Shown here piece by piece: positions 42,036 through 56,619 of a stretch of DNA of 64,000 bases. The DNA comes from Glycera tridactyla (taxonomy: Eukaryota). How positions within the stretch are numbered: the stretch's first letter is position 1; every line of letters begins with the position of its first letter. The position numbers were made by a program, and so were the translations under genes. The stretch is from positions 106,144,001-106,208,000 of the forward strand of contig OZ286461.1 of NCBI GenBank assembly GCA_965644265.1. The letters run 5' to 3'. The notes below the pieces were generated by a model. The model was not told the origin of the DNA. It made no database searches and was given only the letters and a program-made list of their open reading frames with translations.

Positions 42036-42927
42036 TTCTAAAAGATACATCATGGTACGTGTACATACGTATCTTCCTTATACTCCAAATATTCCTCATA
42101 TTTAAAGCTACCATTGTCTTCACTCAAGAGAGGCGAAGATCTATCAAAGTTCATGAATCAGTTGATATGAAGGTATTGGACCGGAAGCAACAGAACATAT
42201 GCAAATCTCGTTGAACATGACTTGTGTGAGTGTAGATGTCCCACAATGGACTCAAGAAATTCCACAAGGGCGGAAATCCATCCATACTCGACGAAGGTAG
42301 AGCCCTATATCGATCCAGATCCAGATCCAGAATTCAGTTGGAACTACCATGCTGCAGCAGAAAACAGGAAAGTGCATTGAGAGACGAGAATAGACTTGCT
42401 GAGACAGAAATGTCATATACATGGCAATTGGAAGTTTATGATCAGCATCATCAGCAGCAGTGATGGTAGTGATCACATAAATTCTCATACTATTATTGTC
42501 CAATCACAATGGCCTGATGTGTGCTTCTTGTTCAGTTGAACATCATCTTAGACGACTAGGATCACGCGGACTCAAACCCTGGAACATGTTATACCTGGAT
42601 ACTGTCGTGAGACAATGAAGCAACCCATGATCTATCTTTGATGTCAGGAAATTTATGTTTTTATATTGACGCCACCGTGAGTGGTCATGCGTGAACTCAC
42701 TGGTAATATGTTGGCACTGAATCGAAAGTCCGCTGTGTGGCGGGGAAAGTGATGCGTGGAATGTAATTCCTTAGATGAAAAAAAAAATCTCCATCTAATA
42801 TTCACCAGAGCAGTCGCTACAATAACACGCTATGTGAACTAGACTTATGCTATCTGAATTGTGGACCAAATGTGTGTTTCATTCACGAGATAGAGAAAGA
42901 GAGAGGAAGAAGAGAGAGAGGGGGAGG

Positions 42928-42982
<55 letters not shown>

Positions 42983-45900
42983 GGTAGACACTAAAATACA
43001 GTAAGACATACCAAAAGACATACNNNNNNNNNNNNNNNNNNNNNNNNNNNNNNNNNNNNNNNNNNNNNNNNNNNNNNNNNNNNNNNNNNNNNNNNNNNNN
43101 NNNNNNNNNNNNNNNNNNNNNNNNNNNNNNNNNNNNNNNNNNNNNNNNNNNNNNNNNNNNNNNNNNNNNNNNNNNNNNNNNNNNNNNNNNNNNNNNNNNN
43201 NNNNNNNNNNNNNNNNNNNNNNTCTGATTTGTAGACATCCATCTTGAATATTAAGGTCACTGCTGCTCGGTCGTGTTTGCGAGGAGTTGAGCACGTCACT
43301 CTATTAGCTCTTTTGCTCCTCATACTTGCGTTGGCGATCTATAGCAAGAGATTTAGCCTGGAGAGATTTTTCTACCATCTAATGATGATGTGTGGATGAC
43401 ATTCGAAGAGATTGCCATAGAAAATCCACATTTTACAAATTTTCCTCAAAAATCAGAATTTCTTTCTGCAAAATTCAGGCTAGTGACATGAGTATTCTTC
43501 ACTTACTTCCAATTTAACACATCATTATACATCTTTTGAGAAAATTCTTGGACAAATTCCTCATCTATGGGTAAAATACTGCTGAAGATACTGCCTTATT
43601 GCTGATCTCGCAACATAACGAGTCCAATTAAAGACGAGTTATGGACATTCTGGCAATTCCTTCCAAACAAAAAGTAGTCTTCCATATTTAGTTGCCTTAA
43701 ACAATTTCTCATCATATTCACTGAGGAAAAACCAAGTTCAAGATTTTCAATTTTTTTGGTGAATATCTCTATTTCTTCCCCATTTCGGGCTATTTTCGAT
43801 AGATTACAGCACGAGAATGAGCCTGGTGAGGAGTATTTTCTAAAAGCTTCTTGCCACCAGCTTGCACTTCAGAGCAATTGTGGAAAATTTTGAAGAGATT
43901 CTTCCACAGGAAGTCTCAACTCACAGCCATGTCACAGGCAAGGCACTCATCTGGTTTCAAACATTAATATACATCAAGTATGAGTCTGTTATCAAATGTT
44001 CTAATCCTATCTCGATAATTATCATTTCTTATGTCCTCATATGGTATCAGCTCGGGGTTTCAATGCATCCAGAGATTACAACTACTTGGTTTTCTTGACA
44101 CGTTTGGAGTCAATATGAGAGCAGCTGATTTTCTCCCTATTGGTGTAATTTGCGAACAGACGTACTTACCGAGATCATTTCTATGCATAATGTATAGTAG
44201 TTGGCCTGAAATGGACCATTCGTGGATGCCATAGGCTTTATAAATGACATATTTGGGCCAATATCCCTCTGCACTTCAGAACATTTATCCACCAACTTCT
44301 ATGATATTGTCTGAGCTAAGAGGAATGCACTGCGAGGACCCGGAACGTGCAACGATTTTCATGGTATTTTCGCCTTGTTTCTCATGTGATAAAATCCACG
44401 AACTATGAGGAAAGAATGGCGTTGGGTATTTCACCCAAATTGCCCTCACAGGGAGCTATCATGCGAGAGTTGACGATTTATACGTTACTCATGTTTGCAT
44501 TACTCCGATGCCACTTATTGCCAATAGAGCTGCCTAGACAGAGCCTCATATAAGGATTGAAATATTTCATCTCATAATGATAGATAAATACTTCCCCAGC
44601 ATGCGTTCCCTCAATACCCGGTTCGATACCAACCAAAGTGATGATCCTCAGTTCAGTGGTTTCAGCAAATTGCACATATTGTGTAGAAGCATCCAGAGGG
44701 CTAGTAATAATTCACCAAGATTGAAATGCCTCTGATCGATCGTAGGGCTACTTTTATCATAGGTATAACACAACTCATAGGACATAGAACTGCACGCGAA
44801 TTGTGTGTGAATGCGGGTCTTCGTGAACTACACCCTTCTCAAGGTTTGATTTCAACCTCCGACTTGGCTACAAATTATTATGAACTCAGGGGTTTGATCA
44901 ATTGTAATTCACCACTGATCTGTGGCCCTCATATGTGCCCCTGTCTCAAGGTAAAGACAATCCCTGGGATAGGTCAGACAAACCGCGAGCCTATTTCTGG
45001 CTTTTGGTTATGTGTCAGATGTGTATGACAGAGCTATCAATAGAAAAGAGCAATGGTTTCCGTTATCCAGCATAAACAGTTAGTCTGGTGCCTGCTATTC
45101 CCGCGGAGCTATAGATGTCAGTCTTAAAGTCGATCAGGCGAGGTCTCTCCAATGCATGTATTAACCTTGATTTCATCCTCTGTATTGATTGGATCTGCAT
45201 ATATACATGGTAACATATGTGAAGCTCAATCAGGATCGTTCGCATAAATCGATTTCTAAATCACGGACGGGTATTAGAACATTCATGAGGATATATGGTA
45301 CGATCCTCATAGTACTCAAGAGTTCATGATGACTGAATCTTCGGTCGATTGATTGATTGATAGGTTGATTGACCAATGCTTGAAATCTCCTCAGTTCATG
45401 CAGAATTATATGAAATTGTAGAAAATGGTCGGTCCTCAAACATATTTTCTGGAGAATATTTGGACTGAAAGATACTCTGTTGAAGTGAATGTGATATCAC
45501 ATTACATCACATTTTGCACCTCAGTTTTCCTGAGGCTCATTTATGCTTTGTCCGTCTATAACATAAGACATTTGGCTCTCACCTGATTGATTGCTGAGTC
45601 AAGTCATGAGTAATTTCATTTTCCCTTGTTTAAGCTACCTCTACCCTCTGATCGCTTCTATGTTTTATATTACTGCATATGCCATTCATCAGACTGAAGT
45701 GAGATCTCACAAAGCTTGATGCACGTTAACCAAATGTCTAGGATTTGTTCAGCTATAACATTTGGTTCTCCCCTGATTTATTGTTATATTCTTGTTTGAT
45801 CTACCTTTCAATCTGACCTCTACTATAGTTTGAATTACTGCATATTTCGTCCATCAGTCTTGGTGCATGTTGACCCCATGTCTAAGATTTCTGAATTATG

Positions 45901-46708
45901 TAGTGCTAGATTGCAGTTGTTTTAGTGAACTTTGATGAACCAGTCGGCAATACTAGATACGTAGAGTAAAGCCAGTGGCTAGAGATGTATCTTTTTAGAG
46001 TAGCAGTCACTGCTGTAGGATGAAGAGGGGTTGAAGAATGGTGCTGGGTCCCTGTAATTGGTCTATCTAGTGTAAAGGATATAATGAGACGTCAGATGGC
46101 TTACAAATGATCTAGCAGTCCAGTCTGCCGCCTATGTATTATTAAAAAGGTCTGCTCATTAAGCCATCCAGACTGTCATCTTCTCCATCAGTCAGATTAT
46201 CCTCGAGGGTCAATTTACATAATGCCGCACTGGTTCTCATTGGTATCATCCATGAACTGTAAAAACCTGGAATTTGCATGCATCAGGGGATCCACCAAAG
46301 GATTCATGATCCCTAGTTTCAAGATTTGGTAAAAGTCCGCCCAGATCTAAAAACCTATTGTATATCCAGGGCAGTAATGCTCACTGGACTTAGTCCGTCA
46401 CATGTCTTCATTATGCCGAAATGGAAGTATTTCTATCAGACATGAGTGCAAGTTTCGAGTCAGGTCCACAGTTAAATATGCCATCTTGAGGTTTAGCATG
46501 TTTATGACAGTCGGGTAGAGGTGTGTTTGAACGGTCATATTCTTCCAATTGACATCCTTTTATCATCATCATCACCTTGTGTTTAGGAGTTGTGTGACTG
46601 ATGTCAGCAGGGGACAGAATATTCGGCTTTAATCGACTAGGTACAACCGAGTTGTCTGGGTACTGATGAATTTAAATCACGAGGCTCTCTGGAATGGGAT
46701 AAAAAAGC

Positions 46709-47528
46709 TGAACATCCAGCGACATTGAGAGCTTCTGAGTGGGTCACTCTTCAACAATGTCCCATATCAACATCAGGAGCTGAACATCCAGCGACATTGA
46801 GAACTTCTGAGTGGGCAACTCTTCAACAATGTCCCATATCAACATCAGGATCTGAACATCCAGCGATATTGAGAGCTTCTGAGTGGGCCACTCTTCAACA
46901 ATGTCTCATATCAACATCATGATCTGAACATCCAGTGACATTGAGAGCTTCTGAGTGGGCAACTCTTCAACAATGTCCCATATCAACATCAGGATCTGAA
47001 CATTCAGCGACATTGAGAACTTCTGAGTGGGCCACTCTTCAACAATGTCCCATATCAACATCGGGATCTGAACATCCAGCGATATTGAGAGCTTCTGAGT
47101 GGGCCACTCTTCAACAATGTCCCATATCAACATCAGGATCTGAATATCCAGCGAATTTGAGAACTTCTGAGTGGGCCACTCTTCAACAATGTCCGATATC
47201 AACATCAGGATCTGAACATCCAGCGGCATTGAGAGCTTCTGAGTGGGCAACTCTTCAACAATGTCCCATATCAACATCAGGATCTGAACATCCAGCGACA
47301 TTGAGAGCTTCTGAGTGGGCCACTCTTCAACAATGTCCCATATCAACACCAGGAGCTGAACATCCAGCGACATTGAGAGCTTCTGAGTGGGCCACTCTTC
47401 AACAATGTCCCATATCAACATCAGGAGCTGAACATCCAGCGACATTGTGAGCTTCTGAGTGGGCCACTCTTCAACAATGTCCCATATCAACATCAGGATC
47501 TGAACATCCAGCGACATTGAGAGCTTCT
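46709..47528. repeat. 72-bp minisatellite, ~11.4 copies
   Basis: Unit TGAACATCCAGCGACATTGAGAGCTTCTGAGTGGGCCACTCTTCAACAATGTCCCATATCAACATCAGGATC; few substitutions and no indels seen. Confidence 0.97.
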
Positions 47529-48779
47529 AGTCTCAGCCCGATGATCCAGAGCTGGTTTGCGTTTTAGCCACCCACAACTGAGACCATTTCACTGAAGAAA
47601 TAAAAAAGAGCTCAGAGAGATCAAAAAGAGGTGAAGAAAAAGATACAGGGGTATTGGACAGGCATAAATCATGAATATATGATAATAATTAAGTGACTTT
47701 GGATGGATTCCTGACATGGTTTCCCTCATATTCCTAAACAAATGGCAAATGTCAGAACCGAGTGAAATCACTGGTATCTTTCGGAATCCTGTATGAGGCC
47801 AGGTCAATGATGATGAACTATCAACCGAAAAGGGAACGTGCAGATGCACTAACAGAAACAATAAGAATGGCAGCTAGTCAGAAGATCTGATTGACAGGCG
47901 AGTAAGAATTACATCAGATTTGTATTCTGTCATCTGCTCATCTCATCACAATGGAGAGAATTCCGAGTGTGATATTGTCTCCACAGTTACAGAGATATTT
48001 ATGATACAGGAAACATGTGTACACGTGTAAGGAGATAGAGAATCAATATATCCAAATTATATACATATAGGACTAGGGATTTTTTTAGAACGAGCTCCAT
48101 GAAAAGTTTGTACGTCTCCACTTCACAAGTTTGTGAATAATGTATATAGGACTTTGTATAATCCTAATGCAAAAGATATCTGCTCAACCTGTAATAGCCT
48201 CTGTTATTCAGCAAAAACTGACCAATTTTAATTCAAATTTAAATTAATCTTCTCGGAATTCCTCGCAATATCTCAGGTGTTTGTGTTCTTTCAAAAAGAA
48301 ATCTATGTTGTTTAATTGTTTCATTCATGTTTGCATTTGCATTTGATCTGACTCGGTCAATGCGAATCGTGAATAAAAGTTTCTCAATCAAATTCAATAA
48401 AATGTATAGACACTCAGTTGTGCAGACTATACCCTAGGACATCTCCGATCAGTATGGCATACACGACGACTATGACACTAGGAGATTCATTCCAATTACC
48501 GCCGCACCAATGAATATTTGATATGCTCCACAATACTGAGAAGCCGGCATATGAGAGATGAGCTCGGTCTAGAAAAAACACCTAGTCATTAGGCTTGCTG
48601 AACACTGAGCTGAACTTGATATCCGCGCAATAATGAATGTAACGGAAAGATCCACACTGTGTCGAGTAATTGCTTCTCGGAAATCCAACCATAGGTAGGT
48701 CGTATTACCACATACGTTGAGAGTCTATTGTCCTATCACAATGAACACGAGTATTTCTCAACGACATTCATGTTGGACT

Positions 48780-48930
48780 TCTTCATAAAGACCGCCTTCG
48801 GTCGCATACAAAGGTGGCTTTCATAGATAGGTCTTTATAGAGAGAACATGTACTACCACAGTTGTAGCTCAAGGTGACCCATGTAGGGAGGTGGTCTCTA
48901 TTGGGAGGTGGTCTTTGGAGGAGGTTCTTT
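48780..48930. mobile_element. Probable Tc1/mariner-pogo-type MITE remnant
   Basis: Inverted ATAAAGACC / GGTCTTTAT plus repeated GAGGTGGTCT motifs, resembling the non-autonomous TcMar-like elements common in invertebrates. Confidence 0.45.
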
Positions 48931-49257
48931 TGGATCGCTATGGACTAGCAACACCCTGAATATTTCACTATGCTAAAAACTTTGGTACCCAAAATTTTTG
49001 TCAGCCAAAAACTTTTAAAGATTGGGGCAATCGTATGAAGGTACAAAATTGTAAGACCAGATAACCATTGAGTATTTAGGGGGTCAGTCATTTTCTCATT
49101 TTCACATCATTCACTTCATGCTCATAACATATCATTGAAATTCCACGCCTCATATTTCATTAGATCATATTTTAGGTACTAAAAAATTTCTTCTCGTCAT
49201 CCTGGGAACATATACTGTTCTCCTTGTATGCATGTTTTGACGAATGTAACTAAAGTT

Positions 49258-49700
49258 GTTTGAGTTTGAGTTTGAGTTTGAATCCCAACCTCAGATACCG
49301 AAACCGATGTGAATCAGGTCTTTGTAATGTGACAGTGGCCATCTAGGTACAGCGGAAGCGTTTGCTAGGATGGTCGGAGTCTCCGCCATGACACCACATA
49401 TGGACATGGAACCGTGCACCGAGCATGGAGTGATGTTACTTTGCATATTGTTGTCAAGGAGACCGTCGTAAGAGGGTTCTGTGAGTTCGTATTTGGGCCC
49501 GGAATGTGAGAGTGTGGTGTGGGTTGGTGACCTGAAATGGCAGTGCAATCCTGGTGTGAGCATAAAGATATGAGTTGGGAGAGATTGAGGAGCCAGATTC
49601 ATCTGAGCATCTCGACTGTGCGGTCGAACCCTGAAAAAAGTGATCTACGGCTTCTCAGTCCTCCTCATACCCTGTACGTAACATGATTGTACTGTTTGTA
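49258..49700 (-). mobile_element. Possible tRNA-derived SINE remnant
   Basis: B-box-like GGGTTCGACC on the minus strand near 49630 and a short (AACTCA)n tail at 49258-49281; no clear A box. Confidence 0.25.
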
Positions 49701-52574
49701 CCATGTTCTGCTGTGATTAGAGGAATAAACGTGTGAACTAGTGCTACGTTAACAAAAACCTGAGACTACATACCTGCAAGTGAAAGTCGATCTTGTATCC
49801 ACGAACGTCCCCACAGAGTGTTATTGTTCTGCCTTGCTACTATTGCATTCATCAGGTGTGCTCCAATATAGCCAAGGGGGCCATACAAGCCTGTGAGATA
49901 TGAGTCAAGTCATTGCAAACAGATTCCCTGTGAGCGGTTTTAACATTATCTCTGCTGCAGTGTACATGTCCCAGTAGCAGATGCAGCACTCCTCTGCAGT
50001 CACGCCCTCAGTTCCCAATTGTATAGAGGACAATTTGACATCACCAATGTAGGCTAGATTTTATTGTCACTTCCTCAGAAATGATTCCTGAGATGTGAGT
50101 TGAAGGCCGGAATCTCATTTCCTGTTGTGAACTGATGGAAATAATGAAATGATAGAGAACATGGTCCTCTGGGGCGGAATCGGATCATATTTGTGATACA
50201 TTTATAATTGAATAGTGTTCCTATCGGTATACATCATGCCAGATAACCTGCTTTATCCGGGCTTCAGAAAATTAGATGAGAAATCTAGTTTTACTAAGCC
50301 ATTGTGAATGAATGAAGCTTCTCATTTCCTCCCTGCAGTCTACCAACTCACTGACATTATGGGGACATCCCACGTTGGAGGAGCTGATAATTTGATTAAT
50401 TATTGTACCACAATACAGTCAGATGACTATGAACTATATTATCTACTGAGATATCACTTTTTCTAAATCTTCTTTAATTGGGATGTGGGGAGAGATAGAT
50501 GGGGTGGTGGTGGTCGATGAAATATTCAAAACCAAAAATATCCACTACCCTCAATCTGTTCTCGATTAAATGATTGATTGATTATTCGGGTGATTGGTGA
50601 TAATCTTTCGATGTTAGGTTGCTCTTTGATTCTTCCAATACGTTTCGGTCCATAAGCAATGACTGGGCTATATTGAGACTCTCATGCAACCGATATGGGT
50701 TAGATTATTCGATTCTCCTTTTTGTAGTTTCCAAGTTAAAGGTGTAAATCAGAGTAGATCCATAGAAATTCAAGGGGTGAATCTTTTTGAAATACTGGCA
50801 GCAGCACAATCATACAATATCTTCAGAGGAATGAACATTCATCCAAATGACAAGACTATCAACTTGGCAGCTGGCTTCCGGTGATAATAACCATCATCTC
50901 ACTGCCATCATTCGACATATTTGGTGAGATCACCTTTGATCGGTATTCCGAAATTATTCATTTCAGCTGTCTCGAATAGTATATTCATGGAGTGATCACA
51001 TGAACATTATTCAAATGTAGATTAACTTTCCAAAATGGACAGGTAAATATAAAAGCTCTATCAGTCGAATGATTGGCAGCATGCAGGTTGTACATGATTA
51101 TTCATGATAATTTTAATTAAGTTTCTCCGTGCGTTCATCATGTAATCATATCTGTAACAAGAAGGAAGAAAGATTGGGGGCAATGACGTTTTAGAGCGAT
51201 CATATGCATGTTGCTGTCGTCAGAACCGAATGGTCATTATGTGAGATTTTGATCATAAGGTGTCCTTGGCTACCTGGGCAACCACAGGATGGAGCATCTG
51301 AACTCCATATGCATACAATTATATAATACGTCATTGCATCATTATTCTTGTCAGAATTGGAAAAACTTCATCACTGACGTGATCATTTTTTCCGGATGAG
51401 AAGTTTTTAAAATCATATCAGTACCTGCTGAACCGATATTGTATGGAATCAGATTGTTCATCCCATTGCATGATGCGCCTCAGGAGGAATAATGAAGGTT
51501 TCAATTTTTTGGTTTATCTCGAGACGGACTGTCAGTTGATCATTTGGAAGCAATTATGTAATACAACCTGTCTGTCTTACACAGCAGCAATAACGGATCA
51601 GTTTGATTCGCCATAACAACACACCATTTCATGAACACAACAATGTACATCAAGTGGACGGGCCAAGGAATGTCTGGAGAAAGGCTGAGGCGATACTGAG
51701 AATACATTGACAAAAGTCAGTAATGATAACACGGAGAAAGTCGCCTCAATAATATACTCCCATACCAGTATCCATATAGGGCCATAATTATTTGGATTCT
51801 GAATCTGTATTGAACTGGAGACAGCACAAATATTTGGAACTAGAAGACAAGGGAATATAGGGGCAAAATCGAATGTACAATTTACAACCATCATAGATAT
51901 ATTTCGTAGGCAGCTAACATGCAAAAAGGACAAGGTATTTTGGGTATTGGTGAAATCCTAGAAAAATCGTAGGACACAGGTATGAATGGTGAGGTCTGCA
52001 TTGTGGCTGACGTGATGAAGATTACTGAAGCACCTGTCATTCTAAGATATGACGTCTGTCGGTCCAATCTGAGGCAACGTCATACTCTGGGCAGGTTAAC
52101 CCGCCCATACTCGAATGCGATGTTCCCCTAGTTTCTCTACCGGTACCATGTACGAAGACCTGCCAATTAGCGCCACATCTCCAAAAGGGCTGCCGGATCG
52201 CATTTTGGGAACTGACTGGAATTCAACCTTGACTGCATGACATGATTGGGTCGGACATTGATGAATTGTCAAGAATTGTGGATAATATATATGTCTGACG
52301 TATGTCAGGCAGTTGAAATTTGTGATGGGTGCCGGGATACATGTATTTTGGGAAATAAATAAGCTCAACTCAGGAATGGCATGCCGAATGCAGCAGGCAA
52401 TCATGTAAAATAAGCGGAGGGGTCTGCTTCACGCTAAGAACGTAGCGAATATAGGAGTGTACATCAAATTTGGCTGATATGGTTATGAGGACAATGCCCT
52501 GTGCATTCTCGACTAACTAAGATGATCACGTCAGTGGAGAGCGATAAGCTATCCCAATATACGCTCATGGCAGG

Positions 52575-53450
52575 TTGAAGATGATGAGTGTCTCCACATG
52601 GACCAGAAATCATGTTGGGTAATCGAGTCAGACAAGTGGGTTGCTCATCAAAAAATGTGAAGCGGAGAGTGACGACAGCATGCCATGAATATCATAGAAG
52701 AAAAGGCCTCGAGCACTCACTGTGATTTGTGATCTCCCTTCTGTTTAAATTTTCCCTCGACCAACCAAATCGAGTGTCCATTCTATTCTCGTGTGTGTTC
52801 TTTTAGAATATCGAGCCACCGCACATTTTGGTAGAAGCAAACATCTCTCTGATATCGATGAACCAACATGCCGGTATTGGCTCAGTACCAATATCTAGTA
52901 TCGAGATGTCATCTCGCCTGTATTGGTTCATGACCAACTCCCAGTTTTGAAATGTCTCATCGGATAGCCCGTCGACTTCATATGCGTTTGTTTCTATGAA
53001 GAGTATTAGGTTCAGGAATTGAGCATCTTGTATCCTGTAAAATGAGTCATAAGCGAGGGAAATACCAATCTTTAGGCCTGTCACCCCATCTGCCATCCGT
53101 ACCGTGCTCCCAGGATGAAGTATACATGCAGGTGCATCGTCATCTTGCTGGTGTGATTATGAGGACTGCAGTGTCCCTTCCTATACCGACCATCTATGAT
53201 GAACTCTTCAGAGAACGACCACCAGTACAAATATAAGCAAAAGGCAGCATTGAGATGGTGATGAGGTGTCTCCACATGAACAAGAAGTTATGTTGAGTGA
53301 TCAAGTCAGACAAGTGGGTACCACATCAAAAATGTAGGGCCGAGCTTGCTATGAATATCACAGTAGGAAGGCCTCGAGCACTTGCTGTGATTTGTGGTCC
53401 CTCTCCGGTATTAGTTCACCTTTAACCAATCGAGGGCTCTTTTTCATTTT
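52575..53450 (+). repeat. Pair of diverged ~220-bp direct repeats (52575-52800 and 53250-53450)
   Basis: Shared blocks GTGTCTCCACATG, AGTCAGACAAGTGGGT, ATGAATATCA, AAGGCCTCGAGCACT, CTGTGATTTGTG in the same order. Confidence 0.8.
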
Positions 53451-53479
53451 GATGTAAGTTCACTCAAAATAATAAGCCA

Positions 53480-53960
53480 TTGTACATTTTTGTATCGCAC
53501 CAATATCTCTCCACTGTTGATGGAGTTATCTGCCGACAGATTCAGTATTAGAAGCATATGTTTGGATGCTATATTCTATGAGCTGTTATCATGGTATTTG
53601 CTCGGGTACAACAACCAGTATTGGGATGTTATATTGTGTATCGAGCCGATATGTGACAAATAGGCATACCTGTGAACATCATACAATCCGTATTGGGATG
53701 TCAGCTCTCGTATTTGATCGATATATGATTGACCATCCCGCCTGTTTTTGCTCAGTACCAGCTCGCCGTATTCGGACCAATATCTCAAAACCATTTTACC
53801 CGTATAGATCTATCACTAACCAGTATCGTGGTGTCATCCTTCTTTGTAACAATGTAACAATATCCATTATGTCTTTATAGGTCAATAATCACCGATCAGT
53901 ATCGAAATATTGAGGAGCCTCATGAGGGCTTCATAAACTCCCATTCTGGCTCAGATACCA
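53480..53960. repeat. Degenerate CCGATAC/GTATCG/GTATTGG-rich repeat (similar tracts at 52840-52940 and 59470-59700)
   Basis: Recurrent short motifs in both orientations, resembling old non-autonomous DNA-transposon remnants. Confidence 0.4.
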
Positions 53961-54158
53961 AGAATGTGCGTCATGGGGTTGACCAAATAGATCAACCAAA
54001 TCAAGTGAACTTCCTTTTCATATTGCTCCTAATCAAGTTTGCTTGTATTAGGCACATCTCCGACAACACGCTCGGAAGCACGTCTCCGGATATACCTGTT
54101 CTTTCACAGCATATTCACAACTCAACTACATGCAGTAGGCATAAAGTTCATGAATGTT

Positions 54159-54173
54159 TGTGTATGTGTGTGT

Positions 54174-54243
<70 letters not shown>
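54159..54243. repeat. (GT)n microsatellite
   Basis: Directly visible; another GA/GT tract at 42903-42982. Confidence 0.95.
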
Positions 54244-54244
<1 letters not shown>

Positions 54245-54794
54245 CGAGGAGTCATCATTACTGGCAGTCTATTTGCAGAAATCTGTGTCGATACATCCTA
54301 TCCACAGTGATGTCATTCCATTATCAAATTGGTTAGATATGCTAGTGATTAATCGCGCCGAATTCAAAATTGTACAAAATTCACATCACATCAACAATAT
54401 ATATATATATATCACCAAAGTATCTCATCGCCGTGATTCAGATAATATTGATTATTTCCATATATAGATGACAGTGTATGATTGATGAGCAGAGCACCAC
54501 ACCGCCCGAGGAGGGGGGGGGGGCTGTCAGAATGGCCAGTGTGGAAGGCCTTCACCAGGCACACATTGACATACAATGATTCCCTAAGCGTTATCTCTGA
54601 CTAGTCCATCAGGTTGGGTCAGGCTGTTGTCCTTATATCCGAGCTGTCCTGTTTGCAGTGCAACTCAACGAACAAGTGCCCCTTCTATGGCTTCTTATTT
54701 GTGATGTACCAGGGCCTGGACATGGTCTGAGTTTCGTTTCTACTCATTCATTGGGGTTGAGTATTAGGTTCTGTCACTGTATCATGGCCATAAT

Positions 54795-56590
54795 ACAGAT
54801 AACAGATAACAGATAACAGATAACAGCAGTTTATTTACTTAATCTTGTGACCGATGGGGGCCTATATTACGCGCACTCCAGCTTCGACACAGTGAAGACT
54901 CGATATATATATATGACTTTACTCCCTTAAAAACTCTGATACATGAAAAATATAACTCGATTAATATGATATTCAATACTGCAACAATTTGCTGTTGTCG
55001 TTCTACAACCCATAAATACTCCTACGGCTAGTAACACAGATAAAAAGAAAGAGAAGGATCATGATAACGCAACAATCAGAGACTTTACATAATCCAGATT
55101 GGTGGCCAAATTCAGAAGATAGTCACAGACTCGGCTTATAGCCTTAGCGTTGAGAAAACTGACACAACTCGACACCAGTATGACATTCACAAAACAGGAA
55201 GAAACTAACAGACTGATTCAATAGGTTTCCTCTTGAGAACAGTTTTGGGGATCTGAGATAACATGGGTATGGACTTGAGATTCATTGGCGTGCAGCACTC
55301 ATGGTACCATGTACAGAGGTTTTCATGTAACTTTGGCAGCATAAAAATGCTTTGAGGCTCTTTTGTAATTTGATGAAAAAGATGCGCCCAGTAGTTCTAA
55401 AGGATGCCCATTCCACGTGTGAATGGTCCTTGTAATAAAAGACTTTTTAGCGCACTCTAGACTGTGGAACGGAACTGTCATAGTTCCACGGGTGCTCGAT
55501 CTAGTATTGTGTGCACGCCCATGCACCTCTGGTATAAATTTGCTCACTTGATCGAAAAGATCCGCAGAGGTTTCCCTGTTGCGGATCTTGAACATTTCAA
55601 GGAGGGCATGGCACTCTCTGTTCTCACTCAAGGAGTTTAGGTTACACAGCTGATAGAGAGATTCTTTCGGAACGAATATGTCAGCCATACAGGCAGTTTG
55701 GAGGAGGGAATGGTAACATCTGTCCAAACTATCGAGAGCACTTGAATTTGCACCTCTATCGATAAGATGGCCGTAATTCATAGAGCTCATTAAAGTTGAC
55801 ATAGCAAGTTTCTTGGCACAGTGCTGACTCATGTATCGACGGTTACGGCGTAGTTGCGCTGTCCGCCGGCGGAGATCCTTTTTCACATCTTCAATATGAG
55901 GTTTGAATGATAGTGTTGGGTGTAACAGTAGCCCTAAGTACTTGGACTGTTCTGACTGAGTGAGGCCTAGTGCCCTGCCAAGTTGGTTCGGGGACACAGT
56001 GCTTGCCTTGAGACGCCTACAGGTTCCAAACAACATGCACGATGATTTGTCCTTATTGAGACTGAGTTCGCGACTGTTGAAAAATTCTTGTGAAGAGTTC
56101 AAATCATGGTTCAATTGAGACGAGATACTATCTACGTCAGTCCCTGTAACATATATGGCCGTGTCATCAGCGTACAAGGATACCATCGAGTATCTCAAAA
56201 TAGTTGGCAGGGCATTTATATAAAGAGTGAAGAACAGGGGGCCCAAAATGGACCCCTGGGGCACACCACACTTCACCTCCCTAAAGCTTGAGATGAATTT
56301 CTTCACTCGGGTCGATTGGTGGCGGGCATCTAAATAACTAACAACCCAGGCAAGAGCATGATTATCCAGGCCAAGTAGAGATAATTCTTCAATTAGCAAT
56401 TTGTGAACAACAGTATCAAAGGCCTTTGCCAGGTCCAGGAAGACCACGCCAACCATCTTGCCTCCATCCATGGCTGCATATATATTCTCAGTGAATGTTG
56501 CAAGGCAGGTGATGGTGGAGTGGTGCTTCCTGAACCCAGCCTGGGCCCTTGAGACGATGTTGTTTACATTTAGATAATGCAGAACAACAT
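54795..56590 (-). mobile_element. 5'-truncated CR1/L2(Crack)-group LINE
   Basis: RT frame QAGFRKHHST...FLDLAKAFDTV...GVPQGSILGP...LYADD with a C-terminus HNTRS...KKSF...WN (stop at 55323). AATAAA at 54830-54835 on the minus strand, then a (TATCTGT)4 tail. Confidence 0.93.
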
Positions 56591-56619
56591 GTCATATATC
56601 TATACCGTAACGTGACGCA

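Noticed and set aside
44600-44640. B-box-like GGTTCGATACC (similar at ~17905 and ~42570) as tRNA genes
   Set aside because: No cloverleaf or A box at the proper spacing; at most SINE debris.
46725-47517. 171-aa and 203-aa repeat proteins in the 72-bp array as real CDS
   Set aside because: Unit length divisible by 3 propagates open frames; variants are often non-synonymous, and each frame has stops. Kept only as a repeat finding.
46709-47528. CRISPR-like array
   Set aside because: Palindromic repeats are contiguous with no unique spacers, there are no cas genes, and the context is eukaryotic.
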